64,000 bases of DNA from positions 81,656,001 through 81,720,000 of the forward strand of contig NC_045696.1 in the NCBI RefSeq assembly GCF_009834535.1, given 5' to 3'. The DNA comes from Camelus ferus (taxonomy: Eukaryota). The notes under the pieces are model-generated. The model did not search any database. It had not been told where the DNA came from and saw nothing but the letters and a program-made list of their open reading frames with translations. Below are positions 15,026 to 29,710 of this stretch, piece by piece. Made by a program: the position numbers and the translations under genes. Position 1 is the first letter of the stretch, and each line of letters starts with the position of its first letter.

Positions 15026-18000
15026 AGAAGATCATTTCCTGGGGAGTCTGGGCAGGGGAGGCTTCCCCTGGGGAACAGAGTGATGCTGAGATCCCCGGCT
15101 TCTTGGGCTGCAAGATGATGTCACCATGGCTCATGACAGAGGGGTCAGAGCCCTGGCGGGTGGGCCAGAATGGCTCTGCCCCAAGCTTATGACATTGTGA
15201 AAACCTCATAGACTTCATGGAGACATTCCAGATGCACAAGCTGAGAGGGGAGTTTGGAAAAGACAGACTCTGCTGGAGGAAACAGATGGCACCGAAAAAT
15301 CTTCTCCGAGGAGCCATTGCATCATTCTCTCCTTTGATTCTGCAGATGCAATTATACCAACTCCCAAGGAAGAGGGAATTTGCTACAGATCAGCAAGCTT
15401 TTCCAAAGAATAAAAAAAATCTACATTTATATGTATATGTTTTATTCTTTGGAAATTTGTTCTTTGTATATATATCACTGGTTTTAAGGGGATGAGTGAG
15501 TATTACAAATTCTGATTTTTCATTATGAGAAATTCTATTTGAATGTATTATTTTTGTACACATGCTTATGTGCCTAAAGATTTAGGGTTTTACATAACAT
15601 GCCATTTTTTTTCCTTTTCAGATACATCCAGATGTTTTTAGTCTATGCAAAGTAATGATGGATACATACCACATTTTTCACTTGATTTGCAAGAAGTATT
15701 TATATAAAATAAAAGTTTTAAAGATATAATTCTTTCAAGATTTGTTTGTTTTTTTACCACACCTGGAAAATTATTTTTCTATTATTTTGCTCTTTGGAGT
15801 TAAGACACCCAAACTTCAGAAATATTGTTAATCTGGGACAAATCATGTCTCAGAAATTTTGGAAGCAATCACCTTCTGCAGTATCTGGTGTATAGTTAGT
15901 GCTCAACAAAAGTTATTTCCCTCCCTTCTCCCTGCATTGCCAGGAGCCCTCTGGGAGAGAACCCTACCTCCTCACCATTCTTGTATATTGGCCTTCCCAT
16001 TCCTGTTCCTGGTCTGCCTCCAAAACATGAAACATCTTCTGATGTTTCTGCTTACACTGCCCCAGGTGCTGGGAATGCAGGGAGGACTCCACCTCTGCCC
16101 AAGACGCTGATAGTCTAGGGAGGGATAAAGACATGCAAACCTTGGACAGACCGTCAGTCTGACACTCACCTGTCTAGATTTAATTCCACAGTTTCCTGAG
16201 ACATTATGCAACGATCTCCTCACCTGGCCGGCTCCCCCTTTCTTCTTCCTCCGTCCGCTCGATTCGATGATAGGGTCAGCCCCTACAAATGAGGCTGGTC
16301 TCACACAAATCCTCCAAACTGCTAAAGATGAATAGCCCTATGGTTAGGCTTGCTCGATTTCTGGAAGAGGCTTCTAAATGAAGGAGCATTTTCTCTGGAC
16401 TTGAAGAGGGTGAAACTTTCTAAGAGCAATGACTTTAAATTGGGGGGGGGGGGTAAAAAGAAAGGAAAAGAAATGCAATGGATCTTTATGTTGCAAAGAT
16501 ATCTGCCTAATCAAAATTTAGATTAATAAAAATTCTCACCCCCTTTCTATTCACCCATCAAAGCTGTCATTTAATAAACATGTTCAGAGTGCCTGCCTTG
16601 GACCAGGCACTGTATCAGCATTGGGTTAAGATGAGTTGAACATGGTGTCTGCCCTCAAAGAGGTTCCGGCCAAGTGGAGAAGAAAGGAAAGCAGCAGATG
16701 ACTAGAGGAGAATGGGACGAGGGCAATGGCAGAGTCGCCCACACAGAGCTTCTAGAATTCAGAGGAGGAGCCCCTCAATCAATTTGGGAAAATTTGCTTT
16801 CTCATAGTGTGCCCTTGCTAATTAATCTCCATTATTGTAAGAGCAGTGGTCCTGGCAGAGAATAAGAAGTTATTTTTCCTGATTCTAAATAGTTTGGCTC
16901 CTGAGTGAGGTGCATGTGGTATGTCTTAATATTTGCAGTCTTCTTGCTATACCTGTAAAGCCTGTCGATACTGATCTCAATCTGCAAGTCTCCTGGACTC
17001 TGTGTTCTGTGTCCCTGAGGACATCTCAGGATGTGGCAACAGCAGGACTGTCAACGGCATCACCAAAGCTCCTCGGGATGGAGCCTGGGATTGGAACTGT
17101 TTGTCCACAGTGAATGGAAGGCTACCCCCCAGGATTTCCAGACTTGGCCCATTGGTACCCCCCCAACAGTTAATGGTCATCATTGCCACCTCCTTGCCTA
17201 TCACCAGCCCCAAGCTGGATCCAAGCAGAAAAGTCTCCATCTCCTCTAATCCTCCCTTTCAGAGCCTGTTTATTCTCACAGTGAGATGGTGAGTTGAGGG
17301 CCTGAAGAGATGCTCTCAGCTGGTTCCAACTCAGAGGACTAAGCAATGTGGCATGTCCTCCTTTTCGGATCCACCATTGCCCTGTCTAAAGGAGGAAGCT
17401 GACTCTTGTGCTGCTGGGGTGGAAATAGGACTGGAAGGAAAGATCCAGGAGAGGCCCTGTAATCTGTAGCAGAATGGCAAGGTTGTGGGGAGGGGACCAG
17501 CAGCTCAGAGTGCGCCTGGTGGGGCAGAGTTGGAAACCACGAGGAAGTCGCATCAATCAGGCAGAATTCAGTGCGCAGAGGAAGCTACATAGGATGGTGA
17601 GATTTAAAATGCTTAAAAAAAAAATTCATCAAGTTCTTAAAATAACATTTAAAAATAAATAGAAATCAAGCTTAAAATATTTTATGCTTTGTAACTGACA
17701 GTTGTTGATAATTTTTTTGGTAAGGATGAAAACTCATTGGCAAATTCTGGGAGATGCTGGAAGCATCCTCTCAGATTCTACAGAGGAGTTGTTTATGAAT
17801 TTAGGGGAGGAGTGAGAGCTTCTCAGAAAACAATCTTCCCTCTGATTGAAGAAGGTTTTTACACTGCTGTGTGACTATCGTGTGACCACAGTGTTACTTT
17901 TTCTGGTTTTGCTCTGTGGAAGGAAAAGAGAGGCACCCCTCCAAGGACGGGAAGAGAAGTGATGTTGTGTTTTTCTCGCTCTACTCACAGTTCCCCAGTT

Positions 18001-18859
18001 TAATGAATGGCAACATGACTAAAATAACAGAGAGCAACTATGGATTGCTCTAAGAACAATTATGTTACTCCATGGCAGAGCTAAGCCATGATTTCAGTGG
18101 CAAATCAAATAGGGGAGAGAAAAATGCCAGGGTTGTGCCTACAGAAAGATATAGGAAATTTTAGAAACCATAATCAACGAGGCTTAGTAATAAGGTGCTA
18201 AAAATATACATAGGTGTTTATTTTTTAAAATCTTGCTCTAAGGGAATAGCATGTTTAAATATAGTGTTCTTTAATGTTCTTATATATTTTTAATAATATT
18301 ATATTTTATAAGATTATAAGAACCCTGGGTAGAAAAGCAGGGTTTCTTTCTCAATTCACTTGCTTGCTATGCAGACTTTTGACTAAAACTAAGATACCTC
18401 AAGTAACCTCACATCAGGATATCCAAATTTCAGGAACACTCTGTAAGTGAGTTGGGATTAGCAGACTCTTAAGTGATGAATTTACAACCTAAATACAAAA
18501 TACAATAAATGCTTATCTGAATAATTATATGTCAATCTCACAGTGACCAAAACATCTTAAAGGTTGAACTTAAAGCACTGCAGGAAAACCATTCCTACTG
18601 AGCTCTGAAAGCAGCTGACGTGAAAGGTCTCTGCAAAAATTTTGGAGGTCAAAGGTGGGCCTCTATGGGATTAACTGTCAGAGTTAGAATCAAAGCCAAA
18701 GCAGCCTCTGATAAACATGGAAACCCACAACCCTGAGGATAATGCTGTGATTTTTTTGGTTGTTCTGAGATATGAGCAGATAATTCAAAACCAAAAATTG
18801 GGTTCATTTTTCTGGAACATCGTATCTTGAAAGAGATTTGATAACAAGAAAGCTACATA

Positions 18860-19230
18860 CTCCTCTCTTCTCTCATGGCCACTTGCTTTAGGAATCCAGC
18901 CGCCATGCTGTGAGGGAGCCCAGAAAAGCCCAGGCACAGAGACCACACTGGGAATCACATACAGGTGCTCTGGCCAACTGAGCCCAGCTGGGGCCCCACA
19001 GCATCAACTGCCAGACGTGCTGACTGGTGGCACCTCAGCTGATGATCCCAGCGCCTAACCATCCCAGACATGTGGGGCAGAAACAAGTTGTCCCTGCCAT
19101 GCACTGTCTGAATTAACTGACTCACATAATCTGTGAGTGTAATAAAATAGTTATTCTAGCCCAATGAGGTTTTTTTTTGGTGGGAAGTACAGGGGTAAGG
19201 GGGTAATTATGCAGAAATAAAAACTGCAAT
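18860..19230 (+). mobile_element. MaLR LTR fragment (MLT1F/G/H-like)
   Basis: GGAATCCAGCCGCCATGCTGTGAGGGAGCCCAG...CAGCATCAACTGCCAGACGTG...AATAAAATAGTTATT...ATGCAGAAATAAAAACTG. Confidence 0.65.
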
Positions 19231-21489
19231 AGTCAGTATCAAGTCCCCCAGACCAGAGACCCTCTGTTATAGTATCCAGAAAATAAATCTCCAGTCTTCA
19301 TTCAAGATGGAGGAGAGGCACATACCAGTCATTTGGATTTGGGGAGAGGCTCTCCAGATCTAACTGCTTCTTCAATGCACTTTCAGTCAATCTTGTTGTC
19401 TTTGATCACACACATGCCCCCACTTCGAAAGGTCTTGGTGCCATCAAATCCTGAGCCCTTTGAGGGGTCTGCTAGATTATTTTTCCCCTCACTTTTTCCT
19501 TCTGCCAGCTCAAGAGTCAGCTTTCTCTGGTCTCCTAAGGTCATTTGTCACTCATTCCTTCAATTCCCCAGCTTCCAAAATTTGGTTGCTATAGTCCTCC
19601 CTTCCATTTCTTTTCCTTGTGAGTTTATGCTTTAAAAATCATCTTATTGATGTTTTAGTGGGATTTTTGGAGGAAATGGAATTAAATGCGTTATGTTCAA
19701 TTTAGCATCTCTATTGGAATTTTACTTAGATTTTTAAATATCTTTTCTGAATATGTCGACTCTGTCTCTTTTTACTTATTTAATTAAAATAAATTGCTCA
19801 AGAGTACTGGATACAAAAAGATGTGTGTTTTACTGGAAAACAGCAATGACAAAAATTTCAACAACAAAAACTTTCCCACTCCCTTTTTCAAATACTTCAG
19901 TTCTCTGAGAATTGTTCAGATGCATGTGAATCTGAAATCTCCCCCTTTCTCTAGTTCTGATCCTCATCATTAAAGAGCTTTTGTGCTTGGTCTTTGTTGC
20001 ATATTCATAAGAAGTTATAAAAACATAGGCTCATCCCTCAATGAGAAGACAACCTAAAAATAGAAAACAATATAGAGAAAACACAAAGACTGACAAAGAG
20101 TATGCCATGCTTGTGAATAAGCAGATTGGATGAAATATTTATAGAATAAATGGGCCAAGGGTTGAGTACACCAGTGGGTGACTTGGTCCCTGAAGTCAAG
20201 AGAGCTTGGGGGTTTTGCTGTGGTCATAGCTGTGACCACTTATTAGGACCACTGACATGCTCCTCTGCAGACAGGGCCCTGAAGGCTGCTGCTTCTGCTG
20301 CTAGACTTTTCTTGAAAGGGGAGAGTCTCTCTCTCCTGTTCTCTCTATGCTGGCAGAAATGAAAACTCCCTGCAGGACACTCTTCTCTGACTTCTCAGCC
20401 CTGAGTCACATCCCTTCTGTTCCCTGATGCAGGTCTTCCTCAGCGTCTCCTCTGGATGGCCACCCAAAGGGCCACAGGGAGAAACCAGCTTCCATAAACT
20501 GAGTTGGCCAGCACCTCCGCTGCCCTCTTCTTGATCTGCTAGCGCTGGGCAGCCATTCTGCTTTACTCCTACCACGTGCCTTCCACCACAAACTCCAGTT
20601 CTTCTCTACATGGGAACCACCCCTCCCCTCACACACATTTAAAAAAGAGAAAGAAAAAAAAACCCTCATATATATTCTTATTTTAAAAGAGTTAGAGCAG
20701 AGACTGGTGTGATTTTTCACGTATTCACTCTAACCAATGGATGTTCAAGCGTTCTGTGATCATGAGAAAACCACAGCTGTTAATTTACAAGAGTTTACCT
20801 TGATAGATGGGATGTAAGTAGTCTTTAAACAAATTGCATGTGTTCAAGCAGTTAGTTTTTTGAAGTAAACTTAGAATTTCTTTAAGTGTAACTTTAAGCT
20901 GATGTGACTTATTAAAAAATAATTAAAAGTAATGCATAAAAGCATTTGTGATAATTATATGCATCTGTGAGCATACATGTATACAAACACTTTCAAATAT
21001 TTTACAGTATTTATTTAATCAGAAGTCTAAGCGATTCAAGGAGTATAAGAATAGGTAAAAAAAGGAAAGACCATGAAGACAAAGAAGACTGAAGAAGGTC
21101 TGTCAGAAACGAAAAGGAGTGAAATTCCTTAAGACCAGTCAAATATAAGCACCTGATGAGATAACTAACAGCCTATAATCAAGGCACAAGAATGTGACAG
21201 GAAGTATGTCAGCTTTGTGTAAATTTCAACATTGACTTCATACATACACACATTTCATTCCATCTGACACAAGGGTACTTCCCTGAGGCAGATAAGACAC
21301 TCCTTTATATGCTACTGCACACTTTTATAGTGACTATTAACAGATCAAAGGGGCAGATTTTGTTTGTTAATAGAATGCTTATACCTCTGTTTTTAACCCA
21401 CAGTTATGCATTGATCTCTCAATAATTCTACCATTGAACCTGTTAAGTGTAGTATTGCTTACTGTGGACTGAGATTTTATATTGAAACT

Positions 21490-22313
21490 GAGATTATACA
21501 TTAAAACAAAACTGTTTCCTCTACCCTCATGACACTTTTGACATCAAATATGTGGCTTTTTCCCACACTAAGCAATTCTCCAGTTCTCAGCAAAGTGAGG
21601 GTCCTACTTTTACCTCAATTCTGACACTAACTACCTGAAGTTAGCCCAGACCTGCAGGTTAAGGTCTCAATCCCACAAGAGTGCTTCTCTACTTCAGAAG
21701 GTTTACTTATTATTACTGATTTATTAAAGGATGAAAATACACGGTCAGATGAAGAGATACATAAGGCAAGGTCCAGAATAGTCCCGACCCAGGAGCATCT
21801 GTCCCTGTGGAGTCTGAGGCACACCATCCTCCCAGCATGTGGATGCCGTCTTGTTCACCACCTGGAAGCTCTCCAAACTTCCTTGTTTAGAGTTTTTGTG
21901 GAGGCTTTATAACTTAGGCATGATTGATCAAATCACTGGCCATTAGTGATTAGCTCAGCCCCCAGCCCCTCTCCCTACTCCAGAGGTTAGGGGGTGGAGC
22001 AGAAAGTGTTAACCCTCTAATCATGTGGTTGGTTCCTCTGGCAATCAATCCCCCCATCCTAGGGGCTTCCCAGCAGTCACCTCATTAACAGAAGCTCAGA
22101 TGTGGTTGAAAGGGTCTTATGAATAACAAAAGATGTTCCTTTCACTTTTATCGATCTGGAGCTAACTCAGAAATGGGGACAAAAAACTAAATATTACCAA
22201 AGATGCTCCTATTACTTTTATCCTTTAGGAAATTACAAGGAGCTTAGAAACTCTGGCCAAGAGCCCAGGATGAATGGCCAAAATATGTATTTCTTATTAT
22301 ACCATAATATTAT
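21490..22313 (-). mobile_element. MER21-like ERV solo LTR
   Basis: CAATTCTGACACTAACTACCTGAAGTTAG...GGAAATTACAAGGAGCTTAGAAACTCTG...AAAATATGTATTTCTTATTATAC matches the reverse of MER21-type LTRs. Confidence 0.75.
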
Positions 22314-22561
22314 ATACATTATGTTCAAATGACAAATATAAATAAATTAAAATTCAAAAATATTTTATGAATATGTTTATAAATCTTTAAATTCAGGTTT
22401 GACACTCCAAAATAAATGTGACAATCATCACATCATAGGCAAAACGTAACAGTTCTTCCTCATTTCTCACTCACTTTCCAATCCCTCCTCAGAGGCAAGC
22501 TCTGGTGTATGTCCTTCCAGTACTTTTGTATGCGCCTGCACATATATGAGTGTACAAACAT

Positions 22562-23028
22562 TGTGGTAGGTGGAATAAAGGCTTCCCAAAGATGTTTACA
22601 TCCTAATCCTGGGAATCTGTGGATATGTTAGATTATGTAGCAAAGGGAAATTAAGGTTGCTAATCAACTGACTTTAAAATAAAGAGAATATTCTAGTGTG
22701 GGATCACAAGGGTCTTTAAATGTGGAAGAGGGAGGCAGAAGAGATCAGAGTAATGAGATGTGAGAAAGACATAACCGGCCGTTGCCAGCTTTAAAGACGG
22801 AAGTGGGCTAGGAGCAAAGGATGCAAACTGCCTCTAGAAGCTGAAAATGATGGGAAAACAAATTCTCCCCTAGAGTCTTCAAAAAGGCACCCAACACTGC
22901 TGACATCTTCATTTTAGACTGATGAGACTTACTTAGGAATCTGGTCTCCAGAACTTAAGACAACAAATTTGTGTTGTTTAAAGCCACTAAATTTGTGCTG
23001 ATTTACAGTAGAAAAAGGAAACTAATAT
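22562..23028 (+). mobile_element. MaLR solo LTR (MLT1D-like)
   Basis: TGTGGTAGGTGGAATAAAGGCTTCCCAAAGATG...CTCTAGAAGCTG...TTCTCCCCTAGAG...AAGCCACTAAATTTGTG...GGAAACTAATA. Confidence 0.85.
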
Positions 23029-26000
23029 GTGGACTTTAGGAGTTCCTCAATAAATGGCCCACCCAGGATCCCCAACAGGGAATTCAGTGTCAGTAAACCC
23101 GACATACACACTCAGTTTCCAGTCAGCTCTTCCCCCGTTCCTAATCATGAGCAGACGGACAAGGATCCCCAGACATCTGATGAAACTCTCATAAGGACAG
23201 ATAAGAGAACAAAACATTTTTTTTTAAAGCCTGCATGTAGTCCAGTCTGTAGGGCTTCTGGATTTCGTGAACTGACAAGCAAAACTTGCCCTTCTTTCCC
23301 ACCAAAATGCTGAAATTAGTTTCTTATATTTTCTTCCAATTCTTATGATGTTTCATTTACATTTTGGCTCTTAAATTCTTTCCATCTACAATAAGCCTGA
23401 GCTGATGACTGCAGTCTTCTAAGGCATTTACAAATTATCAGTGCCATTATATCATGATCTCCCCCTCCTTGAATAGTTCTAGCCCTCAAGGTTTTGTAAG
23501 AACAAATAGATTAATAATTATGCAAGTAATCTGTAAAAATAAATTTTTAAAAATATTAAAATACACTACTCAAATATAAAGTGTTAGGACAATGACAATA
23601 ATGATTATCAATATTTCCAACAGCCCTAGTCTTTGCCAATCATTTTGTAGGTACCTCTTACCATCTAGGGATGGGATTATCTCTGTATTCCTAACTTTCT
23701 TTGTTCCTTCCTCATTTCTGAAGCCCCCAGAATCCCAGGGAGGAATTCTGCATTGCCTGGAAAGGCCAACTTTGCATCATCAGAAACAGGTCTAGGCAGT
23801 GCAGAAATCTTGGAACTCTCACCACGACTCCAGCATCACCATTTGTAACAACTTTGATAATGGTGGAGGCTGCGCCACACAGACACAAGCAGATCATCCT
23901 CTGGCTCCACCCTGCTGGGATGTATTTACCAGGCCAGTATTCCAAACAGAAGCTCCATTCACTTCACCTCTCTTTCAGGCTTCAGAGAGTGGCAGAAACA
24001 CACCCTCGGCCATAGTTGAACCTGGGTAGGCTTGTTAATCAAAGTTTCTTCAGCTTCATTTAACCACAGGGGTGTGTTGAATAAAACTCCAGAGTCAAGT
24101 GTTGGCTCAGCCTCCTTGAAAGGAAAGCAGTGAAACAGGAAAGGCATCCAACTGAGATAAAAGCTAAGCTAACAAATGATAACATTTCCAAAACAAATCA
24201 TTGGGCTTGGATGCCCTGGAATGAAATAGAAGAGGAGGGAGTGTCAGAGAAGGGAAAAGGCTGAACTCAGCCCTCTGGTCAGCAGAAGGCAGGGGGCTGA
24301 CCGAAGACCTTGGTAGAGGATGTGTGTCTTTCTGACAGGTTTTCCAAGAGCCCACCCTGCCTGTATGGTTCTGCTCTTCCTGTTTTCCCCAAATTTCCTG
24401 TCTTCTTCACAAGGTACGTGCTGAGAGGACATGCTACGCTGTTGTTCCATGTTTAAAATTACTTTCACTGTTATGTCTAAGAAAACAATCTGTTGGAGTG
24501 AGGCACAGAGTAGATTGCAAAGAAACAGTTTCATCCTTCTCACGTGGACAAAAAGTGATGAGAAATGTGGATCAGATGTGTTGATGGAAAGCTGTTTGAT
24601 GACAGAGCCAAAATCAAGCCTGGGCCTCTTAGGTCACACACTTGCTCCTATATCCTGGTCAAGCCTCCACCAAATCACTGGGATAGGACAGACATAGGTG
24701 ATCTCTGAATCAGTGCTGAAGAGACACAGATGGGCCACTGGAGTGTGCTGCAGGAAACCACCTCAGCACAAGCTTTCTTGGTACCTTCTTTGTATCGGGT
24801 ATTGTGCTAGGTCAGAAGGGGCATAAAGATATGCCCCCAGGGCCACATCATACAGTAGATGAAATGGAAAAAGCAGGAACATGAGACCCAGTCATTGAAG
24901 AGCTTCAACAGGATTTGGTAACTGTCTTCATTAATACTTTTGGTTTCAAGGATGAACTTGAACTAGCCTTGAAGTGAGAATGGATTTTATTGGTGCTATA
25001 TTATGGAAAACTAGAGTATTGAAAAGGGCAATGGAGTCTCAAAGTCAACTGGAACCAGGGACTTGAATGCTGCCAAGAACTATTTTTCTATCTGAAGCAT
25101 CTGCATCTTTCTTTCCGCCTTTCTCTGTTGACCATCTTTGCTTCTCTAGCAGGGCATTCAATAGCATTCAGCTATTAGAGAGAGACTGTATTCTTTCTTG
25201 ATTCCAAATCTGAAAGAGCTGGGAAGAGTCTCCATGATCCGTCTCGATTCGTGTTCCCACCTCTGACCAACCTGAGATGAGGGAGCAGATCCATGTAAGA
25301 GCACAGAGGCTGCAGTGGGAACCTCACAGCTACCCTCTTCACCCTCTTCGTCCTCTTCACTGGGGTAAATGCTTTGCCTCCCATACTCACGTTAAGCCTT
25401 CTCTTGGTTATCTGGCTTCTCTGCTTTTCTCATAGAGTCTTGTATCCAGATGCCCCTCCTCTGCCCAGCTCTTTCAAAATGATAAGTGATTTGAAGGATA
25501 AGAAGCTTTCAAAGTAAGAGAAAGACAGAAGATACACAGAATGGGTATTTGACTGACTTAGATGATCAACAGTATTACGCTGCAGGCAACTCAACTATCC
25601 AATGGTACAGACTGTTCAGCTCCATGATTTCTCCCTATTTTCTATTTCTGGTTCTCTATTTCACTTCTTGATAACATTACTTTTGGGGACTGAGAAAGTA
25701 GATGGGTCAGTCTCATTTTGCTTCCAAGTACTAGGCCTGATTAAAGAGGACTGACTGGGAAGGGGAATGACTAAGGTGCAAAGCAAAGGTTTTTCTTTTC
25801 CTATTTATGGATTTTTCTTCATCCTCAATAAAGCATTAAAATTTTACGAAATTAACACAGTTGCTAGGATTCTAAGCAACAAAGTGACAGACTTCCAAGT
25901 TTAGGAGGCCAAGGTATGTCAGATTGCTTATTATTCTCTAAAAAGGTCTTTCACTATAGGATAGCCCTTTTTATGTCACCCTGTTGTCCTTTTATTTACA

Positions 26001-27379
26001 CACTTGGCATTTAAACTGTAGCAGGAAATGAACAACTCTACTGAGAAAAGTATATGTCTGTGTTCACAATAGCATCCATTGCCTAACTGCTTTGGCCAGT
26101 TCCCAAGCTCCTGAGTGTGTGTCTAAGATGGTTGTGCCTAGCAACTGAGAAAGGATATAACCATAAATTAATATAGCTGTTGGAGGTCATAAATGATTTA
26201 GGTAAGGAGTTTCTCTCTATTAATGATGTAAAATCTTCCCCAAGGTTTTGAAGATCGAATTCTGTGGGTCAGGTTATGGTTCTTTGCCAGTCAGGGTGCA
26301 AGTTTCATGATGTGTTTTTAATAAACAGCTCATACTAATTTTCTGCAAAAGCCATTCATCATCAGCTTCCGAAATCAGCAATAAAGGAAAATTTCCAGTG
26401 CCCTTTAAAAATTTATTTCTTTTTATACATTAGACAATGAGCCAACTAAATGAAATCAGGAGAATCCTTCCGACGAAATAACAACAATCATAATAAAGCA
26501 GAAGTAGCAGTCACGGTAGTGGTGGCATCACCCGGCAGCACCAATACCAGTACCACACTCAGGGCACCAGTGCCACTGCCACATGCAGTTGGGCATTTCA
26601 GATATGTAGTGACAGGCATCATGGTAACTCCTATGGGTTTGCACTGTGGTAACCCTCACATACCCTACCAGTCTCCTTCACAGACCCATTCCATATTCCC
26701 TACACTTTTCTTTATCTTAGACATTCCCCTCCTGATCCACTCAAGGGATCCTTTTAAATGTGGGGTCCAGCTACCTTAAGCAGAGGGCAGCGGCAGGACT
26801 CATACTTCCTGGCATCTGAATACTGCATTTCTTTCCTGCGTAAACTTTTATAGCAATTGCTTTATTAGTGACCTACTTTTTGTTTATTAAAACACATTTT
26901 ATAGATTGGTTTATGTAAATCATCACACTGTATTGAGAAAAACCTGAAAGTTGAAGGACAAGAGTTTCGGGGGCTGAGATAAATCTGAAGAACTATTTCT
27001 GCCTGTGGAGCCATGGCCAGAGAGAGAGGGCACAGGTGAGATAGCTTACTATGCTTAAGGGTTAGGGGAAGGCAAAAATGGGTTAAGAAGGAGTAAGAAC
27101 TATAGTGGAGGAATTTGAATGCAAGGTGGGATCACTGAGTAACGTATGGCAGAGAAAAGCAGAACAAAACTCAAGGCCACACATAGATGGAGTATCCCAG
27201 AGTACCTTCTTTTCACAATGACTTATGAGTGTTTGGGGAGTAGGAAGCATAGTTTATCAGATTCAGCTAGACAAGATCTATTTAATTAAACATTGATAAC
27301 AAAATCAGGTGAAGCATTTATAAAGTTCACTTTTATCAGTTGTTTCTGAATATTAAATAATATCTTTGATCCTAAGTCA

Positions 27380-27798
27380 GGTAGTCATTAGGGCTATTCA
27401 CAAATTCAGGCATTGCATTTCACCTCTCCTTTGAAATGTGATGTGATCATGTGATTATCTTCAGCCAGTGATTTGTGAGTGGTGGCCTTACAAGTCAAGG
27501 TGCAGATTGTCACAGTCCCTTCCTACTGCTGAAATGATGCTGAAAGCATATGTCAAGATGCCTCTTCCAGTTCAAGTCCCTGAGCATCTACAGTGGACTA
27601 AACCTTCTTCTGACTTGCTTTGGACATGTTGCATGATTGAGAACTAGGATTCCAAATTGAACAATTTTGAGAGTGAAAGGGACAACAGGCACAGTTAAAA
27701 ATGTATGGTCATCCTAGCAAGATCTAAGCTTGTGTTAAGTCACTGGACTTGGGGGTTGTTTCTCACTGCAGCATAACTTAGCCTATCCTGACTGATAC
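27380..27798 (+). mobile_element. MaLR solo LTR (MLT1J/I-like)
   Basis: Ends GGGGTTGTTTCTCACTGCAGCATAACTTAGCCTATCCTGACTGATACA, typical of the MLT1J 3' end. Confidence 0.7.
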
Positions 27799-28719
27799 AT
27801 CAAGGTTTGTGTAAACAACAGGCAATAATCTATCTCAAGAGAGCCAACAGATGAGCCATACAGTTCTCACTATAACTTTCCAAGGCTGATAAGGTGAGGT
27901 CAGCTGGAGTGTCTCTGACAAGTGAGTAAACTTTGAGATCCAGAGCTCTTGGCTTCCAAGAGAAGACTCTCCTTCTTTGGATCTTGCAAGGAAATGCAAG
28001 AGGAGGAGCTGCATTAAGGTCAAAAGTGACTGACATCAGCAAAGGGTTAGTATTGCCCAGAAAGACAAGCCTCAGTCTTGCCTATATGATTCTATATGGT
28101 TCTACTTGAAAGTGTGACACCAAGTTTCCCCCAGAGAGCACCTGAGAGCCAATTTCAGCTAGAGAAATATTTAATTTGGCCAGCAGAATATTATAGAGAG
28201 GGGGAAAAAAAGAATTTGCATGCCTTGAGGTTAAGCACACACTCTTCGTTTTGCCACTCTCTTTGGCTCCTTTCTGTTCTTATATTCTATTCTTTTCCAC
28301 GTCATTCACTTCAGTTACATTTTCTGCCTGGTTCTTGAAAACATTTGAGTTCAGACCTCTTCAGAGAGGCATTGTGACCAAGAAGGAAAGACTACATAGG
28401 GCCAATGTGCAGGTGCTCAGTGTGACACAGGGAAAAGCAACTTCACTGAGAATATCTTTAGCACTCCCCAGCACCCACCATCGGCTTGGCCTGTCTCTTT
28501 GCCATCTCCTCAGCCAAAATGATGCCCAATCCCAAAATCAAGTTGAGCCCAACTAGGTGTATATGAAAAACATCTTGTACATGCCATGGAGTAGGAAAAA
28601 AGAGGGTAGTCATACATCTGGGAACAGCCGTAACATCTTCTGCTCTTGCTAGTATATGCAGGATGACTTATTCCTTCTTTTGTGGTTACACAGGAGAATG
28701 GGAAGGGGAGACAGGCTTG

Positions 28720-29710
28720 AAATATTACCAGAATCAAAGCAGGAGGTTCAAAACCTCCTATTTCACAATTAAGCTCCAGCAGCAATGAGTGGACCTAACA
28801 TCCAGATATTGGTTTCTAATGCCATTCTTTCCTAAAAGGAGCCAGGACTCCTTGGAGAGATGGCTGATTGTAGGTCTGAGGCAGAGAAAACAGAAGATGA
28901 GTCTGGAGCATCTTGTAGTACCAGCGAGTAAGGGAGTAGTCAAAAAACAAAAGAATGGGGTCGAGTCAAAGGTACTTGGAGCCAACTAAAAGAGCTTCCA
29001 ATGGTCAAAGTTGAAACCATTTGAGTAATAAAATTAATAACATAATTATCAGATTATAACCAAAGTACAAAATAAATATACATCCATGAGGCATACTGAT
29101 ATAAATAAGGGATTGAATAAATAAGTGGGAAAGAAGAGACCATTCTTCCTTTATGAACAATATCATTAAACATGGATACTCCCAACTTAAGAACTTAATA
29201 CTATACTCTCCTGAGAGTGGGATGAACTTAGTGACATGCTTCCAAAGGGTAAATGGAAAGGGGAAAAGAGTTTTTAATTTTACAGTGAAGAAATCTGGCA
29301 AATGTTATCTTAAACATGTGATGAAGTTTAGTGAGCATCAACAGTGATGCCATTTGGATCCCGCACGTACCCTCTGAAGTGAGGATAAGGACACTTCACC
29401 TCTGTAATGTTCTTTCTACAAACCCATAACCCCAGTCTAATCATGAGAGAAACATCAGACAAACCTGGATTGGGAGACACCGTACAGGACACCTGACCAA
29501 TCATTCCTTAAGACCATTAAGGTCATGAAAAATAAGGAAAGACTGAGAAACTGTCAGAAGTCATAAGAAAATGGGGACACACAATAATTAAGTGTTCCAA
29601 GTACCCTAGCTTAGATACTGGAACAAAAAGAGGTGATAGATGAAAAAACTGGTGAAATCAGAATGACGTTTGGAAGTTAGTTAGTTATGTACCAATGACG
29701 GTTTCTAAGA
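28720..29710 (+). mobile_element. Old LINE-1 3'UTR (L1MC/L1MD-like)
   Basis: CAGCAGCAATGAGTGGACCTAACATCCAGATATTGGTTTCTAA...CACTTCACCTCTG...AACCCATAACCCCAGTCTAATCATGAGAGAAACATCAGACAAACC. Confidence 0.75.

Noticed and set aside
26468..26590. N/V/T-rich ORF 26450..26779
   Set aside because: Degenerate trinucleotide low-complexity sequence.
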